Source: Branchiostoma floridae (lineage: Eukaryota). Taken from it: DNA of 64,000 bases. The DNA lies in the NCBI RefSeq assembly GCF_015852565.1, contig NC_136191.1, forward strand, positions 11,976,578 to 12,040,577. Direction: 5' to 3'. Positions 1 through 12,500 of this stretch are shown here, one piece after another. The notes under the pieces are model-generated. The model was given only the letters and a program-made list of their open reading frames with translations. It had not been told where the DNA came from and ran no database searches. A program made the position numbers and the translations under genes. Positions within the stretch are counted from its first letter, which is position 1; each line of letters opens with the position of its first letter.

Positions 1-1560
1 GTTAAGATCATTCAGAGTATCAAAGAGTCAACTTGAAATGTTACTGGCACTGAAATGCCTGCATATAACCGTTATACTGACAAGGATCATGTACATTTGT
101 AACCTTACCGCAAGATATGGATCCAAGTCCATTATAGCCAGTAATCAATGTTTATGTGCTAATCCTGGATGAGTTTGCTTGTTGTTGTTTTTACGATGAT
201 TATCGTTTTTCCACGGAACAAAAACAGAAAACAAAAGAAGATGAAGACTGAACTGTGTCAATCAAAATGTTATCAACGTGGGTGGGAAGACTTAAAAGCA
301 GGTAGATACAACTGTGATAAGGTAAAAAATATGTTGTCACACCTGGTTTTAAGGTAAAGATAGTACCATCAGGCTGGCTCAGTACATGTACAGGTACGCA
401 AACATGTTTGTTGTTGATAAATGCCTAATGAACTGTAAGCAAACAAAGCCATTTGTTTTCCAGAATTCCAAACAAACAAACAAGACAAAACATCACCACG
501 CCCTCCTCTTTGCGCAGTTTGCAGGGGAGGCAAAAAGATCTTACCTCCCGAATGACAATGTAAAACCGGTATGCCTACCTGTTCAACATTGTTCGCTTAT
601 CTTCGAATGCTGACGGTTTGCAGATTTAAGGGAGATGATTAAGTAGCGTGCGGATGCGAGAGAATTCCTCACATCGTTGTGCAACTACCTACTGTCATCA
701 TGATAAACCCCAGCCCCATCTCTTAAGGGCGGCTCACCTGTACTTAAAACTGGTCCAGAAAAGAGAGCTCTTAAAAATTGGCTATGAGGAGATGTTAATC
801 TAAACGCTACAGCAATAAGGCCATTAGTGGAAACCTCGTCCAGGAAGCCAAAGAAAACGCTTAAGGGCAAACGCGCAATTAACGAGATTATGTCTTATCC
901 ACATTTTCTAATCAGTGAGATAGTCTTGAAAGCAACGCTCCCATGAACACAAGGCATACCTAGCGTTGTTTGGGGTATCTGTTGAGTTGAAATGTTACAC
1001 GGAGGTATGTTTTGAATATGATAATTACCCGGTAAACGCGTGAGCAGGTGCTTTGTGTGCATGGCCGCTGGGAGGGAAAGGAATGTTTTAATAAACACCA
1101 AACGTGAGCCTGGTATTCAATATCAACATTTGCGCCAACCGCTTGTATTCCTAAACTCCTTTTTTTTAAATTTTATTTCTCATATCCTTTTTTATCTTTC
1201 ATTCTTATCTAATGACATGAAATTTTGGTTAGCCTAACGCGGCGTTCAAGCAATTGTATGATATATTTTTCATCACTATTTGTTCGTTTTGCAAATTTAT
1301 CTTATCTCCAAGCAGATGTAGGAGGAGGGAAAGATGATTGAAGAGTTGCACTACTAAATCGTACGTATTGTACTACTGAAAGCGCAACTACAAACGTAAA
1401 ACATCGAGACTTACCTTACAGATCCTACATCTACTTGAAGACATAACTCTGAAGTGATATTGATATAGGTAGTCACTGCCGAGCCAATCTATGTTTAACG
1501 TTATATGGTGATGCTCATAGTCCTGTGCTCTTGAATGACTCTCTATTGAAGAAATAAACA

Positions 1561-1590
1561 GACACAAACACACACACATACACACGAACA
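1561..1590. repeat. (CA)n microsatellite
   Basis: cacaaacacacacacatacacacg. Confidence 0.8.
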
Positions 1591-4500
1591 TTTAACATTA
1601 TTACATCAATATCTCTCACTTGGATGAAACTGATTGAAAGTATACTACAAACCATGTAAGCATAATCAACCCTTCCAGTGCTATGAAATGAATCTCCCCT
1701 TCCCAAACCAGCTTGAACCCGACTGTTGCCTGCCGCCTTGATTACAGACAAGATAGCAAGCAACTCAGGACCTGTTCTAGCGGCTTTTTGTGTGGTATAC
1801 TTTGTACTTCATGCTGACGGAATGCAGCTATCTACTGAAATATCGTATTTGGGTGGTTGTCGGTGTGTGGTTCAATAAAGAAGCCTGGAAGAATAAAAAC
1901 AATGCACTCTCTGGAGTCCACCTGTAGGATCCAAACAACAGGTGAAAATCCAGGGATGATATCAGCCGGAAATGTCATGTCATACTCCGGTTGATCCAAC
2001 GAATTCCCTGGTGGCCATCTAACCCTCAGATCACCTTACAAAACAAGTGATTGTTCTGTAATAGAATTCAAAACCTTTGTTGTTATATTTTTAATTAGAT
2101 GATTGGGTAAGACTATTGTTAATGCCCCTCGTTTATGGTGGCAAGTGCAAAAAAGGCATTAAGCATGATACATGACGCATGTTGCCTCACAGTGCAGGTC
2201 ATAGACCCTTGTTTTTGTTTTGTCCAAGTCGTGATATTAGAAACCGTTGACAGTTTTAAACACGCCGTTCCCGAGTCGAGACGTCTTACACCTGGCAGCT
2301 GCCGGGACGTCAAGGTCGCCTGGGAAGCTACTGAAGCTAGCCTGATTAAATCGCGCTCATAGCGGCCCTCCAGACTCACCGTCTCCGGGAGGGGGCCAAT
2401 TTCCAAAATTAGCCTCAGACAGGGACAGATTGTCCAACTATGCTGGGGTTAAACAAGAAAGTAATTTTAGAGTTTACTTTGGAGGATACTTCTACGAAAT
2501 ATACAACAGGCATGCGCTTCTATGTTTTAATCACAATACGTTTAACTGTGCCATTTTCAGTCAGTTATCTGGCACCCGTCCAATCTTGTAATCTAGCCAC
2601 CGCTTTGTGGCTGTTTTGTTGCACATCGCCCCACCTCCATTCTCCCAGCAAACCTTGTGCGCGGTTACCGGTCCCATTGCTCGTGGAACGCGATGCATTT
2701 CCTGTATGTTTTGACTCGCGTTGATATCAACAAAATTACAGCATTTTTCAGACCCAGTCTCCGTCTCAGGTTCCCATCTCGATGCTCAATTTGCCCAGAT
2801 GTAGACAACAAAGGCGTAATGATCCTCCCACAGGGGATCTGGGCCGCTTCTGGGCATATATGTCGGATAGTGGTCATCGATTTGCTATTGAGACGACGAA
2901 TACGACTATAATGCCAGGTCACAGACGCCATGTTCTAGACGATACTCCTTTCACGCAACCGCAGGCCTTTCCTATGAATTCTTCACTTACTGCTATCTAA
3001 CAGTGATGATCCCTTTAGAAATGTGAATGAATGAACTGTATCATATGTTATTCTGTCCTCTACGGAGAATGCTGATGAGGGTGTCAGGGATACAGTACTC
3101 TCCACACGTTCCAAGTACTTGTACTTTTCCATTTCATTTCGTTCGTCCGTCCGTTCGCCCGTCTGTTCATCTTCACCATTAATCTCCAAGCAGATCTTAC
3201 GATAGCATATATGCATAAGATAGTATCAAAAACTGACAAACTAGTGTAGCAGGCCTTCTCTTATGCTACCGTAGGATCTGCTTGGAGATTGCGTCACCAT
3301 ATCTCTCCACTGTCTGCAGTCACTGGCTCACCCTTCCTTTCGCATATCCATTCACCGATCTGTGTCTTGTGTAATCTCTCCCGTTCGCACACCTGTTGAG
3401 TCCTTCCCCATAAATCACCGTATTGATGCGGCACCTCGCTGGGCGTAATGATGGCCGCCGCACCGCCAGGGTTCCCCAGGTGATGTGTCCTGCCCTCATT
3501 TCACACCTGCGGACCGGACCAACTTTTATGTGAGCAATTTTGGACCTCCCAACGAGAAACGGCTCACCTGGGGTCAGAGGTCAATTCATCGGTCATTATA
3601 TTCCGTTTATTCCTTCATTACCTCAACTGTTCCACTTACAGTGCTGTCTAATGCATGTGGTATTGGGGTATTAAATTGCAGGTATTAAATTGCGGCTCGG
3701 CAAATGCCAGCAGTTTTGTGAATTACGACAAATTGTCTTCAACAAAGCTTTTGGCAACTCCCATATGAAGTAGACAATCTAGTGTAAAAATTGTGGTGAA
3801 GTACAAAATCTTTTAAGTCTTTCAGCGATATACCACCATGGTTGTGGCTAACTCGCACGTGCCTCAAGGCGCTGTGGTCGGATAAAACTAATTTGGATTA
3901 TTTAAGTTCGTTGAACAATTACTTGACTGACATGCGAGGGGAACGACTAAACATTAATGCACAATAATTGTGAGATGGTGAACCCCTTGAGATTTCTTTT
4001 GCTGAGAATTTTCCGACTGAGATTCTACATAGGCAACTTACAGTTGTAAAATTGTCTAGGATATTGACACTGTGCGCGGACTTCTCGGTGTCCTTTTCCG
4101 TGCCCTTTCGACTCGTGGACTCCTCTGATGCGAGGGAGGTAGTGAGGGTACAAAGGTTCGCGGCTATCCTTTCACTTAACCGCTCCGAGGAATATTTCAT
4201 TCCTGGCGACAGCGGGACCTCCCATGGTGAAAGTAGCATCAGACCCAGCTTAGGTATCTTCACTACCCTTCCGTCAATGTCGAAATAAGAGTGATTTGTG
4301 TTTTCTCTTGTATCGTCTGCGAGACTGCGACCGTGTCCTGACTCGTCAGAGATCGTATCTGTCGCAGCAGTCGGTACTGATCCAGACCTCCCATTGCTGA
4401 AGTTGGGGGAGGAAAGAATGACCTTGGAATGTATCAAGTGCTTTCCGTTCAAGGTCTTCAATAACACAACATCCTCGACTCTATAACTCTTGGGGGATTT

Positions 4501-5735
4501 TAAATTAGCAAGAATTAGTCATCGGGATTGGCGATGTAGCATGGTTGGTAATTTTTGTGATTTGATCAAAGTGAAAGGCACCAAGGCTAAAATGTTCGGA
4601 TATTGAAAGAGCCTTGATTCATTATCTGATACAGACAGAGCAGATATAGTAAAACGAAGTACATTTTTCACAGGTCATAGATTTACAGAGGACGTAAAAG
4701 TATCGTTTGTATTGCCACTTTTATGTGGCATTTGTCTCATACCTTTGCAGTTAGCGCAGTTGTACTATTTTAAAAGCCAATGTCCAACGAACTCCTCCCT
4801 TCTCGTTGTCTCGGTTACATCAGTTTATATGGTTGGTTGCCCCGCCAATAAGGTGGAAAGTGATCAAATGTCAGAGCAATTTATCGGCTAAAATTTTGTT
4901 AGCTTTTTTCTTCGTCTCCGTACTTCTGTCAGACCTCCCACGACACAGCGGGGGGTCATGGGAAGGTCACGTGCCACACCAACTCCTACAGGTGTGAGGG
5001 AGGAAAGTATTATGGGTCAATTACAACATGGCGAAGGTGTCCAAATGATTCAAACTGACAGGCGTACAGTTGATGAGTGGGGATAGCTTTCTCCTCATTT
5101 GGACCTCCCACAATCACGGCGTTTCTCGGAATATTCGGAGGGATAATGAAGAAAAGAAGGACGATCTTCCTGAGAGTACAATCAAGGAGCTTTTATCAAC
5201 AGGCCTGTTGACAAAAGCTCCTTGGTACAATGAAGTTACATCATGTTTTTCCTGATGATAAAGTTACATATATGTAGTTACATACAACTAATATTAATAT
5301 CACGTCTCAAAAATGAACAGTAGACTTAGCAAAGATAATATAGAGGCACAAAAGCCAGAAGTAACTCAACATGTCAGTTAGGCAATCCAAGAAGCTTAAG
5401 GGTATATCTGTAATTGTAACTTTTATATTGAAAGTACAGTATGAAAATTCAGTCAATGTTAACATAATGCGACTTTTCGGTAACGCCATTTATGCCCAAA
5501 CGAAGAAAAATGAGATCAACAAATTTCAAGTACAAATGACCCAAAAGAATGAGATTAGTAGGGACCAGCTGTAACACCTGTTTCTCTCACAGGGCAACAC
5601 TCCCATCTGTAGTCGACTCTCCTTGATTTAGGTCACGTGAGTATGTCCATTGTGCTAAAACGTTCCTCTAGGACCTTGATAGCAGGTTATGAGACTGTCA
5701 AGGCCAACAATCTTTACATGAATATTTCTTCATGC

Positions 5736-5750
5736 CCCCCCCCCCCCCTC
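5736..5750. repeat. poly-C homopolymer (15 nt)
   Basis: catgccccccccccccctcattcc. Confidence 0.8.
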
Positions 5751-7599
5751 ATTCCTCTTACCCGCCATTGTCTCTTGAGGTCAGCCGAAGGTCAAACTAT
5801 CCGACGTCTGAACCGCCTTGTCTCCACTCAAAGAGAAGTTAATTCACTAAAAGCACATTGATCTCCTTGCAAATAGCCGTGGAAAGGTTCTTAATGCACG
5901 TCTAGAATAGACTTTGTAACTATGTTTAATGATATAATTGTACAGTCATGTAGTCGTAGTGTCGTCTGGAGAGGAAGGAAGTCACTGGGTGGGAGGGGTT
6001 CTGGAGCCACCGAACTTCTCAAGTGTCGTCCGGAGTCGTAGGAGGGAGACCTGTTCGTATGTCCCGAAAACTTCCTACCTCTCAGGGCAACAAGATTAAA
6101 TATTGTCCCTCCCCCTTTGTCTGTCATACCCCGGGGAATTTCTGTATATCCGTGGTGACATCTGTTAGCTGGGTCGTCTTTGGTGGGCTCTTGTGGCCCA
6201 TCAAGTCGAGAACAATGCTCCGTAGTTCTGTCTTAATTTTCTGTGATTAACTCTCTTCATGAGAGGCCTCCAACAGGATCTACAGTATCGAGTTGCAAAT
6301 AAAGCCTTTAAGAACAAAACTGGCTGATCAGTTCCGCCTTCAAGCGACAAGAAGTCAATTCAATCTATTATCTTCCAATTTTACCCGTTTAACTTCAGGA
6401 ATTGTGACCTATAATGTGGGTGACAACATGTCGCCACAAGGGCAGACAGTCGGAAACCTTAAAACAAACAGAGGGAAGGTGGGCGGTTTTCCCTTTATTC
6501 TGGGTGTTCCTAACTGTGCTCTATGGTTTAGCCCAGATCTACAGATATTTTGATAAGGACTTGCCCTTTTTTTATCTTTTATATGTGGGAGGGGCAAGAG
6601 ATTAAAGTTTGTATAAACTGTGGTCTAAGCGGTTGTAAATATGGCAGAGTTGACAAGCTTACATTTTTACGATCAGACATTGTTTTGACCCTATTTTGCT
6701 GGTACGGCTACCTCGTATCCAGGTCTCTCTTTTTTCTAGGCTTGAGCGTCATTGTTTGTTACTATGTCTGAGTTGTAATAGAATTAAAAGATAAGAAGTG
6801 CATGCATGATGATAGAACGTGTCGGAATGTTATCATGCGATATCGGGTCTTCTTACGTAAAGGGCTGTATTGGAATCTTAGGTCATGATCAGTAACGTTG
6901 CTCACATTTGTATGTGGCAATACAATGTTTCTATGGTGTGAAAAAAAATGGTAGCAAATTTTGATTTTGTCTTTTTTATCTTTGACGTAAAATGTTGTAC
7001 AGTATCAGTAAGGAGTACGTACTGACTAGCTCCCTATAACTTATCATTGTCAATACTTATCAACGAAGGTCGATATGTGTAAAAGGCAACATTGTTTTGA
7101 AACCTTACAAAGGGTCATGTATTTGTTCGAGGCTTGAACAGTTTCCTTATTGTACCGTAAGCGACATCAGAAGTTTTTGTTCTGATGCAGGAAGCGGATG
7201 GCAGCGTGGTTGCAGCGCACTCGAGTTCGGCAAAAACGTCTATTTCCGTGACTCCTCGGAAGCCCTTAAGAGTTTGGAATTTCGTCCGTTCAGGAACTTT
7301 GTACTTTTAGTTAGCAAATAAATGTTTTGCCCGTGACATAAAAGAATGTGCGGGCTATCAGAAACAATGTAATATCTCTGTATAGTTTTGTAGATGCTGT
7401 CGTCATGTTTCGTCATGACTAAGATATGCTGAAGGCTACGTGTTGTACTTCACATACGTAATTCTGAACTTACATCAACACTTTCCCTGTCAACGACGGA
7501 ACGTCAGGTGTTGATTGTTGTGTTGTCATTTCCTGTCTGACATTTTTATATTTCAGCCATACCATAGGTATGGTGAAATATATTATATTCGTAATGTTT

Positions 7600-8230
7600 C
7601 TTTCTTTCTTTCTTTCTCCTGTCAAATCTTCAATTCGAATCAACTCCGCCGTTTTTAAACCGATTGACTTGAAATTTGGCACAAAGGTAGAGTAAGCTAA
7701 TACCCTCAGGTGTTTTTTTCATTTTTTTCATATCTGCCTTAAAAATGATTTTATTGAGGTTTTTGTCAATTTTTATGTATATTTTGGGCTCCTGTACCCT
7801 GGTATTACAGCCGAATGACATGAAATTTGGTACAGAGGTGCCCTGATCATATGCCCACCCAGATATCAGAACAGTTGTGGCATACGGTACAACAAAATGC
7901 TTAATTTTCCGATTTTTGGCCATTTTTTGACAAAAAAAGCACATTTTTGCCTCCTGTACCCTCGTTTTACAACCGAATGACCTGAAATTTGGTGTAAACG
8001 TGCCCTTCAATTATGTGCACATGAATTTAATAACAGTTTTTCCATACAGTACAACATAATGCTTAATATTGCGATTTTATGGCCATTTTTTGACAAAAAT
8101 TGAACATTTTTGGCTCCTATTCCCTCGTTTTACAACCAAATGACCCGAACTTTGGTAAAAGTGTGCTCTAGATATTTATCCAAATGACTCATGTGTAATT
8201 TTTGGCATGGAACACTTTAAAATGATATAA
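7600..8230. repeat. ~160-bp tandem repeat array (~4 units; conserved core ctcctgtaccctcgttttacaaccgaatgacctgaaatttggt)
   Basis: Unit cores recur near 7650, 7790, 7950 and 8110. The ORF 7630..8010 (-) is repeat-derived. Confidence 0.7.
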
Positions 8231-8867
8231 TTGGGAATTTTTTGGGTCATTTTCCAATGGCCAAAGGGGTCAACGACCTCAAGACCTATTGTTGCATGAG
8301 GGAGATGGCTGAAATATGCTGTATTTGCTCTCAAGCAAATGTCGGCCTTTCTAGTTTCTAGATAAAGTTTATATCTTATTTTGATATATTACATTTAATA
8401 TCGGTAGTCTTTTCTGTTTAAGACATCACATGAGATTGATTTTCAGGCTACAATATTATCTTAATTAGATTGACTAGTTTAACTCTTTCCTTCGAAAAGG
8501 TAACGCTTGTTTTCCCGCCACGTGGGTGTTTGTGGCACCACACATTCCTCAGGAACTTTTATAACATCCCGTAAGTATTCAAAAATGTTCCAAACACGTT
8601 CTCCGGTTCTGTGTGTTCTGACCAGCCGACCAATCGGCGTGGGTCTTGTGGCCTGCCGTCATGTGGGTACGTTGACACCCCCAAACCTTCCCTGGGGCGG
8701 TCTGAGAGGTAATTACCTACCTGTCATGAATAGCATTACACTGGGCGTTATCGGGTGACCGGGCTGGGGGTATATATATTGGCGGGAGGCCAGCAGCCAC
8801 ACGAAACCGAGCAGAGCCTGCCTGCTGTACGTCTCGCGTAGCTAACAGTGGATTTGCATTCTTAAGC

Positions 8868-8884
8868 CTTGTCTATATATAGTG
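8868..8884 (+). promoter_or_regulatory. TATA-like element (tctatatatag) ~45 bp upstream of the PLA2 ATG; a second TATATAT run lies at ~8771
   Basis: TATATA sequence directly upstream of the first ATG (8927) of the group III PLA2 ORF. No in-frame upstream ATG. Confidence 0.3.
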
Positions 8885-8926
8885 ACTGTGGACACGACTT
8901 TTAGACCCGACTACTAACTAGCAGTC

Positions 8927-9594
8927 ATGGCAATTACTACTGTAGGGCGCCAAGTGGCAGTAGCCGTGCTTTTCGTCGTCGTTGAGAGCGTTTTCGCGAG
9001 GAATCTGATTCCGTCCGTGTTCTACTTCAACGTAAGTGTGAGCGGGGACGGCGAGCGCGTGCTGAGCGTCGTGAAGGACGGCGTCTTCGCTCGGGAGACC
9101 TCCGTGGTGCTGCCCGAAGGGACGCCCCGCACCCCCACGGCGGACATCAGGTTCCGCCAGGTGACCGACGGCCGGCTCTTCACGCAGGCCGTGTACGGCG
9201 GGGACGGCGTCGTCAGGGATTGCGACGTTCGAGAAGACCGAGACGCGATCGACGGCTTCGTCGCCTCGTTCCTTGCCGAGGACACCACGATGACAGACGC
9301 CGCCGTCCGAAGAGGGCTCGTCTCGGGGACGGACTCGCTCCGGAGGGACTACCTCTGGACAGAGTTCTCCCCTCTGGTCGCCGACGGCAGCGAGGGCCTC
9401 GTGTCCAACATCTTAACCCTGGTGGACTTCAAGACGGCGAAGGGGAAGTGTCGGGAGTTTGAGAAGGCCGTGAAGAGAGAGATGCACCAGCAGCAGAGGG
9501 AGAAGAGAGACCTGGGCGGCCGGACCAAGCGCGCCGGGAGCTGGCTCATCTACCCCGGGACGAAATGGTGTGGAGCTGGTGACATGGCATCCAA
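8927..9594 (+). CDS. PLA2G3-like: Group III secreted phospholipase A2 (PLA2G3/bee-venom type), exon 1: signal peptide, ~180-aa prodomain, RTKR furin site, start of PLA2 domain (LIYPGTKWCGAGDMAS-K)
   Basis: ORF 8927..9598 begins MAITTVGRQVAVAVLFVVVESVFA (hydrophobic signal). It ends ...GGRTKRAGSWLIYPGTKWCGAGDMASK, which matches the bee-venom PLA2 calcium loop IIYPGTLWCGHGN. A GTAAGT donor lies at 9595, leaving phase 2 (AA|). Very high GC3 codon usage. Confidence 0.85.
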
Positions 9595-12500
9595 GTAAGT
9601 ATTCTTTCTATCTTTCCTGTGACTTAATACTTTTGTAAATGTCTGAAAACTGTAATATTTGTTACAATCTAGGTGACAGCGTGTGAATAGGGTTGGATAC
9701 ACGGAACACGAATGACTGACACGCCACCGACATAAGTTGGGCAGAAATAATGCGGAGTAATCCAACCTCTAGCCTTCCGTAATGAATTGTGTTGGAACAA
9801 AATTTGATTTACCCCGTCAACAACGTGACAGGAACGCTGTGGCCACGTCTGAAAAGACTGTGCCGATTGTTAGGGCCTGCCTGCCTGCCGGCTTTCACTC
9901 GCGCTGCGCGGAGTAAACGTGCCTCAAGGGCGCGAGACGGGCAGGTATGTCAACTTAATAAGAATGGACAAGGAGGCCGGGCAACGTTCTTCTAAAGACG
10001 GGGCACAAACTATTTACAACATGTGGTGTGAAGCTGGTTTGCTTTCACCACAGTCAACGCATAGGAAGTCTTCTATTTTCTCATCTACAACATCAAACTT
10101 GTGTAACATTATCAAATATGCTGTTGATATACATATACTACTTGATAGAAGATGTAACTACACGTTCCCTGTACTACTATACTTAGCCCCTTTGAAAAGG
10201 ACGTAACTAGTAGTTAGTGATTCTGTACACGTTTGCCGTCCATTCCGTACTGTCTCTTAAATTGAGGCCTTGTTTCATGCACCCTTCGGTGTAGTTTTTG
10301 TACCGTCCCCGCATCCACCTGCAGGGAAGTCCGCATGCCAGTCAGGCTGAACAGCTTATGTAAAACAATTCACCGACATCGTTCCAATGAATCGAAGGGT
10401 TTTGTCTGCAAAAAAAGGCAAGTGGGGGTAGTTTGAGTCAGCTCGGGTTTATTTCTTCTCTAAACGTTTCCCTAGCGCAACGTGGACGTCTGTCATCACA
10501 TACAAGCGGGTAAGCCCGTCCGACTTGGGGCTGTTCTCCACTCTACAAATAAGCTGTGCCACCGATTATTAGCGGGGTTTTCCGCCCTCAGTAACATCGT
10601 GGGGGCAACTGGGGGCAAGTTCTGGCCCAATGCCAACACTTCGGCAAATCTGTCCATCCTAAAGCCCTTGTCACAACATTGCGGTTGTGCGCGCCCGGAG
10701 GCCTGTGAATTTAACGAGGACAAAATTACACCGTACGGGTCTGTCGACTCTAGACGAGACATGAAGATAAGAAGAGCAGAGGTCTGAATTTTTACAGCCG
10801 CTCCCACAGCCGGCTTTGATGTTGTACTGATAGTGTGGCAAATTCAAGAATAGCCCATTGCTTATTGCAACATTTGATCAAACTTTCATCGCTAAGTGGA
10901 GGTGAACTGTTTAGCCATGTCCGGTAGATGGCGCTCCGACTGATTTCAGGGACCCGCAGTTCCTTGTTCATCCTTGGATTTAATTGTTTTCCTTTTTTAT
11001 CCGACAATATTGCATTTTATTCTCTGTCCGCTTGCTTCGTCCTTCAACAGTTTTGGGTTGGGTTTCCAGGATAGCGTGCAAGTCTGGGAGATAACCTTGG
11101 TACGAGACGGCATTGCAGGATTCCCAAGTTTTCAGGCACGAACTTGAACTCTGCAAGGTTCCTCCCTGACGGGATATTGTCTTCTGTCTGGTTGCGTGCT
11201 TCTGAATTCCCAACTACGTCTCCTGTTTACGTTTAGATGCTATCGCCTGGAATTGCAAAGATATGTCGTTTTGTTGTTAAACAAACTCGGGACGTTTTGA
11301 CACTGGGAATGAACGCTATTTCCCCGCCTTGCTCCTTCTGTCTGCCTGGCTCAGAACCATTAACTCCTTTAATGGCTCTAATTTACAGTCCACTTCTTCT
11401 CGAGGCGATATCGTCTTTCACCCGAAGAAAGCATGTTTGTTGACTCTGAGATGCTATCTTAAATTAGGTGTTACAGTCATCTGTCATGATCCTGTTCAAC
11501 CGTCGAGCAATCTGACGTTTCATCTGCAAAAGAAAGTTAGATTTTGCTACATTATTTCTCTCCGTGAGTGACATGTCAACTACAAACAGGTGAATTCTGC
11601 ACCTCATAGCCTCAGACGATCAGCTCATGTTCAAGTTTCCCTGCCGACAAAGGTATACCCTTGTCATTCGCATCTGGACGACATATCTTGTCATCCCTTG
11701 TTTTTCATTCAGTAAAATTATACCTCACGCAAGTGCTGTCTTCTGTATGGTACAATGAAAACAGTGGTAAACCGTTTCGTATGTGTGTGAGTGTCACTGC
11801 GCGCGCCAATTTTTCAACTCGGAGCTCTGTCGGCAAACAAACAGAGACTGGCATCGACCTTTCAGTGCTTAGTAAACAAACTTTGGACCTCGATCACGGA
11901 CTCACGGGTGTCACAGCCACTTGTAACTATTAGCTGGGCATGACCGGGCGGGTTTAGCTGAGGACAGAAGCCGGTACGGAAAAAGCAATAACTTCAGTCG
12001 ACAACAGGTGCACATTCGAAGGGATACCCAGAAGGCTTAGTTCAAAATGGCGGCTGTTCAAATCTAAAGATTTTTTATCGCCAGTGTTTTTACTGCATCA
12101 TTCAACAAGAAATCAGAATTGTACCTTATTTTCGACGCAAATGACGAAGAAACGTTTCTCATCGCAGTCTGAAAGTTTTATTGTTTTTGTCCAGGTGAGG
12201 TGATAGAGATTAGGTGCTGACCATATCTCATTTTTTTATCTGACGTTATCGATGAGATATCCGAACCCGATAAGCTCACAATAGAATATGTCCTCCACTT
12301 CCGATGAGAGGACAGCTTGTCCCCAACCCGCATTAATTGTCCCGAGAAGAATTCCTGCTGCAGGGAAAGGGCAAAAGGCCACCACTACACAATGTGGGTT
12401 ATGCTAACAGCCTGGCTAATTTTCGCCCATCAAGGAAATGTGTTTCTTGGAGCGACGTCCCGTCCCAAAGTATGATTGATCACAGTGAATAACTCAGGAA

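Noticed and set aside
7636-7660. tRNA-like T-arm motif (caattcgaatcaactcc)
   Set aside because: No acceptor stem, anticodon arm or D-arm can be folded. It is part of the tandem repeat.
7630-8010. 126-aa minus-strand ORF
   Set aside because: It is embedded in the ~160-bp tandem array. The repeat periodicity explains the open frame.
9022-9549. ORFs 9022..9288 (-), 9220..9462 (+), 9349..9549 (-) overlapping PLA2 exon 1
   Set aside because: GC-rich coding sequence keeps the alternative frames open. Only the 8927 frame has signal peptide, PLA2 motifs and a splice donor.
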